Origin: Octopus sinensis
Taxonomy: Eukaryota
Assembly (NCBI RefSeq): GCF_006345805.1
Contig: NC_043015.1
Coordinates: 30,628,001-30,692,000 of the forward strand
Reading direction: 5' to 3'
Length of the DNA: 64,000 nt
In this document: positions 1 through 13,809 of the stretch, one piece after another
How the letters are laid out: every line of letters starts with the position of its first letter
Numbering within the stretch: position 1 is the first letter of the stretch
Made by a program: the position numbers and the translations under genes
Notes under the pieces: generated by a model
Database searches by the model: none
What the model was told of the DNA's origin: nothing
What the model saw: only the letters and a program-made list of their open reading frames with translations

Positions 1-469
1 TAGGGCCTTCACATTGAGAATCCCTGCTCTAGAAAGAACATGATTTATCACTTTTTATTGTAAGCACCAGTACAAAAGTGGGATGCCCCTGCACATAGGA
101 AAATGTTGAGCATACCCAAGTGAACTTAGACAACCAAGGAGAAGACATAAAGCTAGAAGTGGGTGAGGGAACCAAGTGTCCAAGTGAAGAGAGTACTCAA
201 TAACTTAGTGCATGTACATTTTTCAAGTAACTAATTTGAGACAATTAGAAGAGAGGCTGATTATGTAAGGAGGGTCAGGCTGATCGGGTCAAACAATGGA
301 GCCATATAATAATGTAAATAGATTATTTGGGGTGGAATCAGTAAGTGATTGGCAGCAGCAGAGGTGGACAAAGGTAAAAGGGATTTAAGGGATAAGATAA
401 AAAGTGGGTGATGGGTGGCAAAAGAAAGGATCCTGAGGTGGGAGGGAAGGAGTAAAAGGTAAAGTTACT

Positions 470-702
470 TTCTTGAGTCATACTGACTCATAAGGGCCAG
501 TTTCATAGCATGTATATTCCCCATTTAGATGGGACACCAGTCCATCACAGGGTCACTTATTTTTGCCATCTGACTGAACTGGACCAATGTGAAATAAAGT
601 GTTTTGCTCAAGAACACAACACATTGCCCAGTCTAGGAATTGAAACCACAATCTTACAATCATGAGTCCCACACCCTGACCACTAAGCCATGCACCTCCA
701 CA
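470..702 (-). mobile_element. tRNA-headed SINE family G (V-domain-like)
   Basis: rc head ggaggtgcatggcttagtgg, gtgttcttgagcaaaacac, and gatgggacaccagtccatcacagg. Confidence 0.65.
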
Positions 703-1227
703 GGGAAGGAATAATGGCTGGTAATACACAAGGGTGAAGTTAGAGAGTATTATAAAGGGAAGAGGGTGGTCCTATAGTTTTTTATGGGTTTAGTGAAGGG
801 GTGAGAATGGGTGGTGGAAATGGAGAGAGAGAGCTATAAATGGGAGAGAAACTGGTTTTAAAATGAGCTGGGAGTAGGCAATTGAGTGGTGAGAGGTTTC
901 AAAGGATATGACACCGGAAGAAGAGAAGGGCAACAAGATTTGTGTTTAGCAGAGTACAAAATGTCTCAGCCTTCAAACACTTCATCTCAAAGTGTGTTTG
1001 TTTTGTCGTGAGTTATTTGATCTTCTGCAGCACTGTATAATATCACCAGTTGGAGCAGTCCTTTGTCATCTCTTCAGTGTGCCTATACATGTGTGTGTGT
1101 GTGTTTATGCATCTATGTGTGTGTGCATGCATTTTAATAAATATCTCCGTGATGATGGTATCCACCTACATTCAGCTTGTAAGTCTGCTAAATGACCTAT
1201 ATTAATATCATCAACCCACACACTGAT

Positions 1228-1267
<40 letters not shown>

Positions 1268-1328
1268 CCCATGCTGATTTGTCAGTGTGTATAGTCACCT
1301 GTAATTCTCTGAACTAAATAACATGTTT

Positions 1329-1364
<36 letters not shown>

Positions 1365-1472
1365 CCTGTCAAAGTAAGCAACAGGATAATACCGGACTGA
1401 TCTGGTGCTTCAACTTAAGTACCTAGTTCAACCGAATCTTACCTACATTTTCTATATATATATATATATATA

Positions 1473-1864
1473 GGCGCAGGAGTGGCTGTGTGGTAAGTAG
1501 CTTGCTAACCAACCACATGGTTCCGGGTTCAGTCCCGCTGCGTGGCATCTTGGGCAAGTGTCTTCTGCTATAGCCCCGGGCCAACCAATGCCTTGTGAGT
1601 GGATTTGGTAGACGGAAACTGAAAGAAGCCTGTCGTATATATATATATGTGTGTCTGTGTTTGTCCCTCCAACATCGCTTGACAACCGATGCTGGTGTGT
1701 TTACGTCCCCGTCACTTAGCAGTTCGGCAAAAGAGACCGATAGAATAAGTACTGGGCTTACAAGAATAAGTCCCGGGGTCGATTTGCTCGACTAAAGGCG
1801 GTGCTCCAGCACGGCCGCAGTCAAATGACTGAAACAAGTAAAAAGAGTAAAGAGAAAAAGAGTA
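1473..1864 (+). mobile_element. tRNA-headed SINE family A (CORE-like), full length
   Basis: Box A TGGCTGTGTGG, box B GGTTCAGTCCC, CORE-like ccttgggcaagt, internal (TA)n(TG)n, tail gactgaaacaagtaaaagag. Confidence 0.9.
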
Positions 1865-2680
1865 ATATATATATATGTGTGTGTGTGTGTGTATAAACAC
1901 ACACCTAGCATTGCTGTTGCACCATATTTTGCGTGGAATATATTTATTTATAAATTACTTCACACATTTGATTATGCGACCTGCAACCTGTATTTTATAT
2001 GGGAAACAAATTATATTCATACTAAAGGACCGTCCCCTTTTAGTTTCTAACAACCCAATGGACTTTAAAGTTCGCCACCATATATTTATAAATGAATTTA
2101 ATTGTTAATCTGTTTAAATATTCAGTCCCACTGCATGGTCTCTTGGACAAGTACCTCAGCCTGTGTCATATGATATTCCATGAAGGTGGTCACCACTTTA
2201 ATAAGTAAACTAATTAGAGTTTATTAAATTATCATCTTTTTTTTCCCCAGTTTCCTTAAATCATACATACACACTACCACACAATATATAACAACATATA
2301 CTACATACATACAACACACATTAGCCATTTACTCACGTTATACATTGAACCCCAAGCATTTAATTATCATTTCCATAACGAACTGGAAATTATTTACTTG
2401 TTATCTTTAATAATAATTTCATATATGAAGCGGTGATCTTGCAGAATTGCCCACACGTCAGAGACATAATACTTAGTGTCATTTCTTATGACTCTTTACA
2501 TTTCAAGTTCAAATTCTGCCACAGTCAACTTTGCCTTTCAGGGTTGATTAAATAAAGTACCAGTCATGTACTGAGGCTGATGTCATTGACTTTCCTCTCT
2601 CATCAAAATTTCTGGCCCTGTGCCAGGATTTGAAACAATTATTTCATGTATAGAAATAATGTTTAATAGGATTGTGTATA

Positions 2681-3040
2681 GGCGTAGGAGTGGATGTGTG
2701 GTAAGTAGCTTGCTTACGAACCACATGGTTCCAGGTTCAGTCCCACTGCGTGGCACCTTGGGCAAGTGTTTTCTACTATAGCCTCAGGCCGACCAAAGCC
2801 TTGTGAGTAGATCTGGTAGACAGAAACTGAAAGAAGCCCATAATATATATGTATATATATATATGTGTTTGTCCCCCCCCCCCCAACATCGCCTGACAAC
2901 CGATGCTGGTGTGCTTACGTCCCCGTAACCTAGAGGTTCGGCAAAAGAGACCGATAGAATAAGTCCCGGGGTCGAGTTGCTCGATTAAAGGCAGTGCTCC
3001 AGCATGGCCACAGTCAAATGACTGAAAGAAGTAAAAGAGT
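2681..3040 (+). mobile_element. SINE family A
   Basis: Same consensus. Confidence 0.9.
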
Positions 3041-3758
3041 AGAGGGAGGCGGGGGAATAAACTGCATAAAAATACAAATATATCTATCTATATGTTTATT
3101 TACATAGATAAAACACAGCGGTTGGGGGGGGGGTATTCCTATAGACATATATCATCATTATAATAATTTTGTGTTTATTTCTTTTTCTTGTTTTTCCATG
3201 CTGGCATGGGTTGGACGGGTCATTCATGGTCTGCTTCGTCTTACATGCTCACATACAGAGCACTGCATAAAACCCACTGTCTTCGATGTTATGTATGTCT
3301 TAAGTGCATCCTTTCATGACCCTCCCTTCTCGCCACCAGAGAGGTTGTCCCATGCAAAGAGGAAATCAAGAGTCTCTCTCTCTGTACTCTGCATCAGTTC
3401 TTATTCGCATGGGTGGCTTGCAAGTGTGGTCTGCAGAGTACATGCCTTTGCCTTGCCTACAATAGTATGGTTCATAATGTGGCAAGCAGAACCTCTCTGG
3501 CTAAGTTCATCTATCAGATGTTGACACACCTTCATTAGAGCTTTAGATTGCTCCAGCATGTGTATTCTCCAGCTCCTGTTATCATTTGATAAAGGGATAG
3601 ATATAATTATAATTTTGTTATACAAGGTGCAGTTTTATTAGAAATGCTTTAATTGTTATCTGTAATGTATGTGTGCATAGACTTGTGCTAGCTTTAGCCA
3701 TGCTGAGACACTACCATTCTTATATGTGTGTGCATATATATATACACATATATATGTA

Positions 3759-4150
3759 GGTGCAGGAGTGGCTGTGTGGTAAGTAGCTTGTTTACCAACC
3801 ACATGGTTCTGGGTTCAGTCCCACTGTGTGGCACCTTGGGCAAGTGTCTTCTACTATAGCCTCGGGCTGACCAAAGCCTTGTGAGTGGATTTGGTAGACG
3901 GAAACTGAAAAGAAGCCCGTCGTATATATGTATGTGTGCGTGTATGCTTGTATGTCTGTGTTTGTCCCCCTAGCATTGCTTGACAACCGATGCTGGTGTG
4001 TTTATGTCCCCGTTACTTAGCGGTTCGGCAAAAGTGACCGATAGAATAAGTACTGGGCTTACAAAAGAATAAGTCCCGGGGTCGAGTTGCTCGATTAAAG
4101 GCAGTGCTCCAGCATGGCCGCAGTCAAATGACTGAAATAAGTAAAAGAAT
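3759..4150 (+). mobile_element. SINE family A
   Basis: Same consensus. Confidence 0.9.
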
Positions 4151-6477
4151 ATAGTTGGGGGTGGTCATATTTTGCCAATTAAACACATGCACTATACATT
4201 CAGTCTTCATTTCAGCTTTATTATATTATATCAGTTCTGAGGTCGACTTTGCCTTTCATCCTTTCGGGGTCGATAAATTAAGTACCAGTTGCATACTGGG
4301 GTCGATCTAATTGACTGCCCCACCTTCCCGAAAATTTCAGGCCTTGTGCCTAGAGTAGAAAAGATTATATTATATCAGTTTCTTTGTCAAAGTTCTTTCA
4401 TCACACACTCTGTGACCTCTTCAGCAACTCTCTATCCCATGCGTCTCATCTTGTTCTGCTTATTCCATTTTTTGTGTGGAGACATATATATATATATATA
4501 TATACAGACACATTTTTACACCTTATCTCATAGTTGTAATAGTTTTTGGCAGTTAACTTTATTAACACCTACTGCCTGCTCTGAGTATGTATAGCATGTG
4601 CCTGATTCAGACATTCACACACACACAGCCGTTTTAGACAAACTATAATTCCAGCTTCTAATTTCATCCTTCTAATCATTGCACCCCTTTTTTTTTTTAC
4701 TTTAAACCTTGCTTAAAACCATCCTAAAATGGTAATGCATTGATTCCAAACATGGACAAATATATATGGACAAAGGGAAAAAGGTGAGAAAGATAAGTGT
4801 GGTTTAATAGTCCATGCTGGAGCAGACTTGTTAAATATCTAGGTTTAAAGGGTTGTATGTACCATGGTGTCTGTGTCTGGTTTGACAATCACAGTTTAAT
4901 TAGGTAGATTGTTAATTAAAGAATTAGGGATTCAAATCTTGTAATCTGTGGTGCAGTGTCTGTGGGCCCAGTTCAGCTGGTTGTAAATATGTTGGCAGAG
5001 AGTGGGTGCTACTCCCTATCATGAGGACATACATAGTGCACACACATATATTTATACTAAACACTCACCAACATACACAACACACATCTACTGATAACAC
5101 AGTGGGAGCACTAAAAATTGACGAGTATTTCTCTTTAGTTTGCAACTCTAAATTTGCTTCTCTGGTTTGGGCAGGGATGCAGTCTTCGGTGATTTGTCTA
5201 TTATAAACTCACTACCACTGTTATAACCCCACCACTGAAAACTCCCCGGCCTTGTGGAGCAATGTGTTAATTATACATATTGCCCCTGTTCCCGTGTAAG
5301 GCTTTGCTGGTGACCCAAATGGAGTTAGACAGCAACTCTACCCCAGGGAAAGTACACGACGGTGTTTTTAAGTTTTATAGTTTAAGCTGCGGAATACGAG
5401 TGAATAATGGGCAACTGACAGAGAAATGTTTACAAAGCTGGGCTACAAACTTCCTAATGACAGTTCAAATCTTGTTAGGGTCGACTTTTATCTTTTGCCC
5501 TTTTATGAACAAGATCAGGGGATGGAAATATGTCTCATAAAACACTTTATTTTATATATATAAAATCATCCACCAGGAGAGAGAGGTACCTTATGTCAAG
5601 TTTAATCTTTGTGTCATTAATGAAGATCTTGCTGTATAGTACCTTTACTACTCCATGGCTTTTTTTTTTTTTGGAGGGGTTGTTTTTTTAACTGAGTCAT
5701 CACACCATCATCATCATCATCATAACCATTTCAGTCTTCACTCAGTGACTTGCTTCTCCTCACCCCACCCCCACCTTATTTATACTCAGTCAGCTTGCCT
5801 TCCTATATAAATTATGGTTGATTTTTTTTGTAGTTTTTTTTTCTTATACAAAAAAAAAAAAAGGAAAAATTGTTTTTAAAAACGACTGGCAAAATTTTTT
5901 TTAACGCTTTTTTTTTTCTGTGTGTGTATAAAACTCCTAGAAATATAAAACCCTTCCATCCTAAACCCCTGACCTCTTCCCCCACCCACCCCCACCCCTT
6001 CCCGACTCAAGTTTGTTCTTTAATAACTTCATTGAGATGCAGGTTACTCAAACAGTCAAGGACATCTTCAGAGTCAATCTGAAACTCATATCAAGACTGT
6101 TCCATCTATTTGTAATATTATTATTAATATTATTATTATTATTATAATAAAAATTAGGATTATCAATTTATCTACCATACAAGGAAATCCAAATGTATTT
6201 GAACATGGAAATATTACATCTTCCAAGGGTTTATGATTAAAATGAGAAAAGAAGAAAAAAAAAAATCAGCATTAATTGTTAATAAATCTGTGTAGAAAAA
6301 AAAAAAACCAACTTATTTTGTGTTAATTTGTTTGGCTTGGTTTGATAGGTTTGCAACACCACACATCTTTGACTGTCTTGTTTGTGAGGCTGAACAACCT
6401 CAGACCTATTGTCCATTTGTCCAATGTTCATTTTTCCCCATTCTAGCATGGATTTGGCTGGAGTATTATTTAAAGCG

Positions 6478-6720
6478 TGGAGGCACATGGCCTAGTGGTT
6501 AGAGCAGCGGACTTGTGGTCGAGGGATTGCAGGTTCAAATCTCAGACTGGGCGATGTGTGTGTTTATGAGCGAAACACCTAAGCTCATGCGACTCCAGCA
6601 GAAGGTAATGGCAAACTTCTGCTGACTCTTTCCTCCTGCATCTTGCAGCTCACCTGTGACGGACCGGCATCCCATCCATGTGGGGAAACCAGCCCTTATG
6701 AGCAAGGAATGGCATGAGAA
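6478..6720 (+). mobile_element. SINE family C, third tail type
   Basis: Head tggaggcacatggcctagtggttagagcagcgg; body gagcgaaacacctaagctc. Confidence 0.7.
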
Positions 6721-6789
6721 GGAACAAACAACAATTATTTGAAGCAAGATTTTACATCTGGATTCTCTTCTAGATGCCAACTTGGCCTC

Positions 6790-7228
6790 TACCTGGGATG
6801 TAGCCAGCCCACTTATGCATACCTTTCCTTCTTGGGACACAAAACTCTGCTTGCGAAGACCTGTTGAGGAAATCGAAATCGCTCAAAAATCAATGGAATT
6901 TGTAGTTGTGGTTACCATTGCCGGTGGCACGTAAAAGAACCATCCGAACATGGCCATTGCCAGTGCCGCTCCAACTGGCCTCCATGCCGGTGGCACATAA
7001 AAAACACCAACCGATCATGGCCGTTGCCAGCCTCGCCTGGCACCTGTGATGGTGGCACGTAAAAAGCACCCACTAGTCTCGGAGTGGTTAGCATTAGGAA
7101 GGGCATCCAGCTGTAGAAACACTGCCAGATCAGACTGGAGCCTGGTGCAGCCTCCTGGCTTCCCAGACCCCGGGTTGAACCGTCCAATCCATGCTAGCAT
7201 GGAAAACGGACGTTAAACGATGATGATG
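6790..7228 (+). mobile_element. RTE-c 3' UTR copy (repeat D) with internal ~55-bp tandem units
   Basis: gccggtggcacgtaaaaagcacc units followed by gtggttagcattaggaagggcatccagctgtagaaac...ggacgttaaacgatgatg. Confidence 0.8.
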
Positions 7229-7504
7229 CCAACATTTATCTGTTTTTCAAAGGTCATCAAAAGCACAGAGAGATTGGTCATAATGTTAGCAAAGAATGTC
7301 AACATTAACACCACTCAACTGTTGACAAGGTGGAACATCAATATCCATGTTTATTTGCATAAGCACGCAGGTGTGCATACATATGTTTATACAAACGAAG
7401 GGGCCCTGAAAAGTTCTTGGCTTTAAGGGTATCATGAAAGGCCTGGTTGGAGGCCCAACCTCCTAAGTTCTTTTACAGGGCTTAGAAAAACTGAAGAACC
7501 ACTG

Positions 7505-7740
7505 CAATCATCATCATCATCTTTTAACATCAGCTTTCCATGCTAGCATGGGTTGGACGATTTTGACTGAGGGCTGGCGAACCAGATGGCTGCACCAGGC
7601 TTCAATCTTGATCTGACAGAGTTTCTACAGCTGGATGCCCTTCCTAACGCCAACCACTCCAAGAGTGTAGTGGGTGCTTTTACGTGCCACCGGCATGGGG
7701 CCAGTCAGGTGGCACTGGCAACGACCTCGCTCAAATCTTT
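7505..7740 (-). mobile_element. Repeat D copy
   Basis: Reverse complement of the same consensus. Confidence 0.8.
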
Positions 7741-9268
7741 TACAGCGAGGTCATTGCAATAAGTGTGTGAATCTGAGAGAGGAATATGTAGAATAAAATC
7801 ATAATAGGGAAAGTTCCAAATTTGGTGTAAAATAAACAAAAATCACAACCTATTTGTGTTCTTAGACACACACATATAATTTTGTGTGTAATCCAGTTGC
7901 CTTTGGAACCTCCCCTGCAGAGCACAAAAATAACCACAATATCACTATTATACATAGGGAATACATGATATAAATTTATAATTTCTCATACATATACAAA
8001 CCTATGACAATCTTCCTGCAGTTTCCATCTACCAAATTTGCTCACACAGCACTGGTCAGACAAGGGACATGGTAAAAGACATTCCCCTAAGGTACCATAT
8101 TCAAAACCTCATGGCTGTCAAGCAAACTTAGTGACCACACAGCCATGCCTGCATCAATATCATCCACTTAACGGTTCTTACCTATTTACACTGCATCTAG
8201 AGCAGTGTAGCAACCTACCCAGGTACATACATACACATATTTCATACTTGGGTACTTTCCAATTCACTCAGCCACTCAACCGTAAATTAACATTGCACAA
8301 CAAATGGAATGGAACAGAGACCTCAAAGACATCCTCCAAGAAGGTCGTGCCAGTTTTGTTCCCTTCAATAATAAAGTCACAACTACTGTTACACATTCAT
8401 ATCTATGTGTATACGTAGGTATACGCGTGTAGAATATATCCCCACTTTTGGCACTATTTTATTAGTAAACAGTACGAACTGTGTCTAAAGTATATAAGTA
8501 TTACTACGCTGAATGTCGACAGTCCGTGCAACAAGTGAAGTAAATAAAACACGTATAACAATGTCTTCATTTGAGTTGTCAACACCCATCAAGAATGAAA
8601 CTACACATAACTACTATGCCTACTAAGTAAATGATATTAAACTCTTTCTTGTAATCCTTTAGTATTTAAACAGGCTTATATCAGGCCCCAAATATTCTAC
8701 ATATTTTATGTTCAAACTGACCAAATTCAGCTTCTCGTGCTTACCATAAAATAGTCTAAAAATCTATCATTGAAATCTAGAAGCAGTGAGATAATGCATG
8801 ATTAATTCAAACTAATTTGAATAAATAAGCATTATGCTTCGTAGGATATGATTGATAAAGAGTTAAACATGAACAGTATACAACAAAACCCTTCAAGGTG
8901 TTGCCCCAGAATGGCTGTGGTCCAATATTGAAATAAGTAAAAGATAAGACTGCTCAATCAAGGTTGACCTAGGGCTAAACAACAGGTTTACTTCGTTAAC
9001 CGTTTCTGTACAAAACTACCTGAAATTATGATGAGGATCTCTCCAGTAAAGTGATGATGCTTATTTACAACCACTCAAATACTAAATATGATGGTGCCAC
9101 GTAAAAAGCACCCAGTACACTCTGTGGAGTGGTTGGCATTAGGAACAGCATTCAGCCATAGAAACCATGCCAAAAGGCACAGAAGCCTGGTGTAGGCTCC
9201 TGTCAAACCATCCAACCCATGTCAGCACGGAAGGTAGACATTAAACTATGATGATGATGATGTAGGTA

Positions 9269-9430
9269 CTACTCACAATACCAGAGGGCGCACACTCTCC
9301 TACCCTGATGTAATCTCCAGGGATACAGGCATCCAGCAACAGGACCTCCGTAATGCCATAATGGACCGTGAAGTCTGGCGTAGCATGGTAAATTCCATTG
9401 TCTCGACCACGGTCGAACAATGATGATGAT
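9269..9430 (+). mobile_element. 5'-truncated RTE-a 3' end with target-site duplication tgtaggta
   Basis: Near-identical to 11775-11925; flanked by tgtaggta on both sides. Confidence 0.85.
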
Positions 9431-9904
9431 GTAGGTAGGAATTCTGTGTACTTAATGTAAAACTATGAGTGCACAAGAGACATAGCAAGCTCACAGTCAA
9501 GCTAATAAAAAAGAAGCAGTAGTGTAGCTGTGGGGAGGAAACAGTCTGCCCCCGAGTGATGCTTTTATGAGAGTGGTACTTTGGGGTCTACTGTTATACA
9601 GCCAATATAGGCTTGTGGACTACCACAAACTCAATGCCTGCCCCAAACTCTAGCTATACTATTAAAAAGAAGAAAGACCTTATAGACCAGATGCCCAGAA
9701 ATAGTTAACAGTAAGAGCACCAATGGCATAAGCTGCTTCCAGAAGTCTCCTTTGAACTGATAGCTTTTGTTACCTAGGTAACCTGATTAGCAGTGAAGGT
9801 GGGCATTTTTAAATGATACTAAACAGAGTATGAACAGGGTGGAAAAAATTGAAGCAGGTATTACTACTAGCATCGAAGGAATTCTTTTTCTGAGTGATGG
9901 GCGA

Positions 9905-10365
9905 TATTTCATACTTGAGAAGACCCCTGAAGCCAAGTGAAATCGTAGTCGTGGCCAAAGCCAGTGTCGCCTAACTGGCATCCATGCCAGTGACATGTAA
10001 AAAGTGCCCTTGAAACGTTGGGCAATATGCCGTTCTTGAAAAGACCTGTCAAGCCAAGCACCCTTTGAATGTTGGGCCTCACAGAGATTTAGTGACAGGT
10101 GACCCAAGCCCTTTGGTGATATACCATACTTGAGAAGCTCTGTCAAGCCAAGAGAGATAATAGTGTTACATAACTGGCACCCATGCTGGTAGAACATAGA
10201 AAGCACCCACTACACTCTTGGAGTGGTTGGCGTTAGGAAGGGCACCCAGCCGTAGAAACATTGCCAAATCAGACTGGAATCTAGTGCAGCTCCCCAGTTT
10301 ACTAGTTTTCAGTTAAGCTGTCAAACCCATGCCAGCATGGAAAACAGATATTAAATGATGATGAT
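9905..10365 (+). mobile_element. Repeat D copy
   Basis: Same consensus including the ttgagaagaccc ORF-end segment. Confidence 0.75.
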
Positions 10366-10639
10366 TCTTGTGTGAAGTATACTGATGGGCAGCAAAACAG
10401 ACAGAGAAGACTGAAGGTAGGCATGTTTAGCTGAATGTTATTGTGCATAAACAAAGAAATATGACCATTGGCCACGACCATGATTTCACTTGGCTTTAGG
10501 AGTCTTCTCAAGCATGACATATCGCCCTTCACTCAGAAAAAGAATTCCTTTGATGCTAGTAGTAATACCTGCTTCAATTTTGAAATATGACAAAATTGAG
10601 TGTAAGAGAAATCAGATGTAAAGTGTAAAAAAGAAAAAA

Positions 10640-10830
10640 ATTGCCCTGGTATCGACATATGTGTATGGAGGATGACAAAAGATTAAAAACAAAGATGACA
10701 ATCAAAGTGAAAGGAATCTGTGGAAGGGAAAGAAGTGGCAAAACAGATCTCGGGATACTCAAACACAAAGGAGATGACAAGGAAGCGGCAAGATGCTGTA
10801 CTGAAGAAAACCCGTCCAACAATAGGAAGA
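10640..10830 (+). mobile_element. Old RTE-c C-terminal fragment
   Basis: LPWYRHMCMEDDKRLK...KGICGRERSGKT resembles the WYGH...EG..GRGR..KTW segment at 52130-52738. Confidence 0.5.
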
Positions 10831-10954
10831 TAAATGTAAAATGAGCTTTCATAGATGTTTTACATCAAGGAGAAAACTGATAAACTGGTGCTTTTGAACA
10901 GAAATACTTGTCACTTTGATCATCATATTTACAGTGAACCAGTGATTGGAAACC

Positions 10955-11172
10955 TATTTCTTTACTACCCACAACGGGCTAAACAAGGACACAGACACGG
11001 ACTAAGTCGATTACATCGACCCCAGTGCGTAACTGGTACTTATTTAATCAACCCCAAAAGGATGAAAGGCAAAGTCGACCTCGACGGAATTTGAACTCAT
11101 AACGTAGCGGCAGGTGAAATACCGCTAAGCATTTCGCCCGGCATGCTAACGATTCTACCAGCTCGCCACCTT
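10955..11172 (-). mobile_element. SINE family B
   Basis: Reverse-complement monomer. Confidence 0.85.
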
Positions 11173-11515
11173 AACTAAGAATGCTGTTGTTTACAAGATA
11201 TGATATAAAGTAAATAAATCTAGCAGGGCGTTGACTGTGCAATAACCAACTTACCTATTCTACCAAGAGGCCCATCACGGACACTTGGCTACTTCTTTCA
11301 CAAGCTTATGTATAATGAGCTACTTTCACTTCATCTTCACACATGGACTACAATACCTGCCAATATTTTTACAGTTGCTGTCTACAGGATATGGGCTGGT
11401 CAATTGTTTTAAGTTACCTGTGAGTTGGACAGTTCTGTAAATTTACATATTATCATAGGTTAGTACTACCATTTCAACAGCTGGACATGTACATATCTTA
11501 ACATTAGTCAGTATA

Positions 11516-12089
11516 TGAGGGTGGGCTGAAAAGTTCATAGGATGACTATGAAGGAATTGCAATTGAGAGGCAGTTGGATGGAACTTACACTCACCTCCTT
11601 ATGAGAGCTCAAAATCTCTCGTGGAAGCGCATCCAACCAAAATGCAAATATATGGGAAACTACCACCTGTATCATCTCTTGTGAAAGGTAGAAGAGTCCA
11701 GTTTGCTGGACATTGTTGTAGAGCCGAAAACAAGGTAATTTCTACTCTTCTCCTCTGGAAGCCATCTGCTCGCGATACCAGAGGGCGCACACTCTCCTAC
11801 CCTGATGTAATCTCCAGGGATACAGGCATCCAGCAACAGGACCTCCGTAATGCTATGATGGACCGTGAAGTCTGGTGTAACATAGTAAATTCCATTGTCT
11901 TGACCACGGTCGAACAATGATGAATGATGATGATGAAGCAATGATGTTAGAGCTGTGAAATCTTGCATGCATTAATGGAATGGGTGTGTGGACTGCAGGG
12001 GGGGGGGGCAATGTTGAAAAGAATACAGCATTTGGTTACAATTCATGAGAGTATCTTGGTCAGCCTATGAACTTTTCAGCTGACCCTTG
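11516..12089. mobile_element. mariner-type MITE with a nested RTE 3' fragment
   Basis: TIRs ta|TGAGGGTGGGCTGAAAAGTTCATAGG and CAGCCTATGAACTTTTCAGCTGACCCTTG. Confidence 0.7.
11600..11940 (+). mobile_element. RTE-type LINE 3' end (family RTE-a), (TGA)n tail
   Basis: IYGKLPPVSSLVKGRRVQFAGHCCRAENKVISTLLLWKPSARDTRGRTLSYPDVISRDTG...DREVW is a post-RT C-terminus. Confidence 0.85.
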
Positions 12090-12364
12090 TGGTCAGGAAT
12101 GAAGCTAGCAATGACAGAAAGGGAGCAGAATGACAAAGTCAGTCATGTTCTGAGTTCAAATCTATCTAGAGGTATTTTTCCATAATCAATCAGTATTAAT
12201 CACATACAGGATTGATCTATTCTGCAATACACACCCACACACACTCATTTCTCTACACATCTGTGACTTTGTAGCATTGGTACAAGTACAGCTAGCAGTC
12301 ACGCATGAGTAAATATAATTTGGTATAGTATGCACGGTCTTTCACTAATTGTTTTAGGTACCCA

Positions 12365-12502
12365 ATCTCCTACCCTGATGTAATCTCCAGGGATACAGGC
12401 ATCCAGCAACAGGACCTCCGTAATGCTATGATGGACCATGAAGTCTGGCGTAACATGGTAAATTCCATTGTCTTGACCACGGTCGAACAATGATGATGAT
12501 GA
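12365..12502 (+). mobile_element. 5'-truncated RTE-a 3' end with 11-bp target-site duplication ttaggtaccca
   Basis: TSD at 12354-12364 and 12503-12513. Confidence 0.85.
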
Positions 12503-12840
12503 TTAGGTACCCAGGTAGACATGAGAAGACAGACACTTTCTTGGATCCCTCACCCATTACCCAGCAGCTGGGGTAGGGAGAGAAAGAGAGAGAGCAGCAC
12601 TCGCCACTCAGCTGACGAGACTGAAGCAATGTAAAATTAAGCGCCTTGTTCAAGGATGCAATTCCTGGTCTAGGAATTGAACCCATGACGTTATGGTCAC
12701 GAGCTGAAACAGCCTAACCACTAGGCCACAGTCAACTGTAGCAATACGTTGTCATTAAAAACAAAAGTTTATGAAAAATAAACAACAAAGACAAACATGA
12801 GGCAAGAATATAGTTTTTGTTTGCAGTCAAAAGATGCTGT

Positions 12841-12846
12841 TTTATT
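12841..12846 (-). terminator. Candidate MCTS1 polyadenylation signal (AATAAA on minus)
   Basis: First canonical AATAAA I found on minus downstream of the MCTS1 stop, followed by a GU/U-rich tract (rc of ~12755-12800). Implies a ~1.55 kb 3' UTR; ATTAAA variants at ~13831 and ~13079 are alternatives. Confidence 0.35.
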
Positions 12847-13768
12847 AAGCAGTCAGCTTTAAACTGTGGGGTGTTTTCTGGAAATCCACAGAATTACAGA
12901 CAACTTGGCTTAATATCATCAGTATAGTATCACTTCACCAGTTTCTACCTCAGATCCACTTTGAAGAATCTTGGCGGTAGAGACATCACAACGCCAGTGT
13001 AGATGCCATAGCAGAAAACAGAATGTGTGTGGGCAAGGAATAGAGCTTGATGATAATAATAATAATAATACAGTGTTTTTAATTAGGCATGAAGCCTTTG
13101 ACAGATAGAGGAAAAAGAGGAAGAATTTCGGAATAGCTGTACCTTGAAGTCCCTATAAGTGGTGGCAATGAAAAAGGGTTGGGGTGTTTTTTGTTTTGTT
13201 TTCCCGTATTCCTGTTTCGTAAAGCAGAAATTACGATTCTGTAAAAAAAAAAAAAAATTCCTCTCAAAATTTTCTTTTTTTTTTTTTCCTTTTTTTTCTT
13301 AAATTATAAATTCCACCCCTCCCACACACGTTTCTGTACTCTTCTCATTCCCTGCCGAGATTATGGGACTTCGAGGGTCAGCTGTTCCGAAACTACATCG
13401 AAAGAGAGTAACGTTCTGGATCCTGGAGTATTCGATTTACACAATCAATATAGCTACCGAAATTCGACACCCACCACAAAATTTCAAAACTTTTTTGACA
13501 ATAAAAACATACGACAGTATTTTTTTTCAAATCTTTTGAAATTACTAAGTTTTTTTTTCTTTTTTTTTTACTTCAACCAAGTAATAATTAAACAAGAGTC
13601 ATTAATGACCATTTTGGTTTTTATAGGTGTTCTTTTTTTCTTTTTTTGGTGGTAGGGTGGCCAGTTTCCTAAATGGTACTTTTGTCAGCAAAAATATTAT
13701 TATGAAGAACCTCTAAATTTTTTTACTAACTGAAAAATTATAGCTTCTTACTGTCACACACTTGCGTG

Positions 13769-13809
<41 letters not shown>

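Noticed and set aside
6003-6080. Possible terminal exon IDSEDVLDCLSNLHLNEVIKEQT* on minus
   Set aside because: Wrong phase for ASAP, no recognisable homology, weak acceptor.
8560-8615. Minus-strand gtgtag|T TTC ATT CTT GAT GGG as the next ASAP exon (FFQDG-like)
   Set aside because: Stop codon two codons later and no donor.
13271-13298. A-rich tract on minus as the poly(A) scar of an MCTS1 retrocopy
   Set aside because: No AATAAA just upstream and no TSD; similar tracts are common throughout the window.
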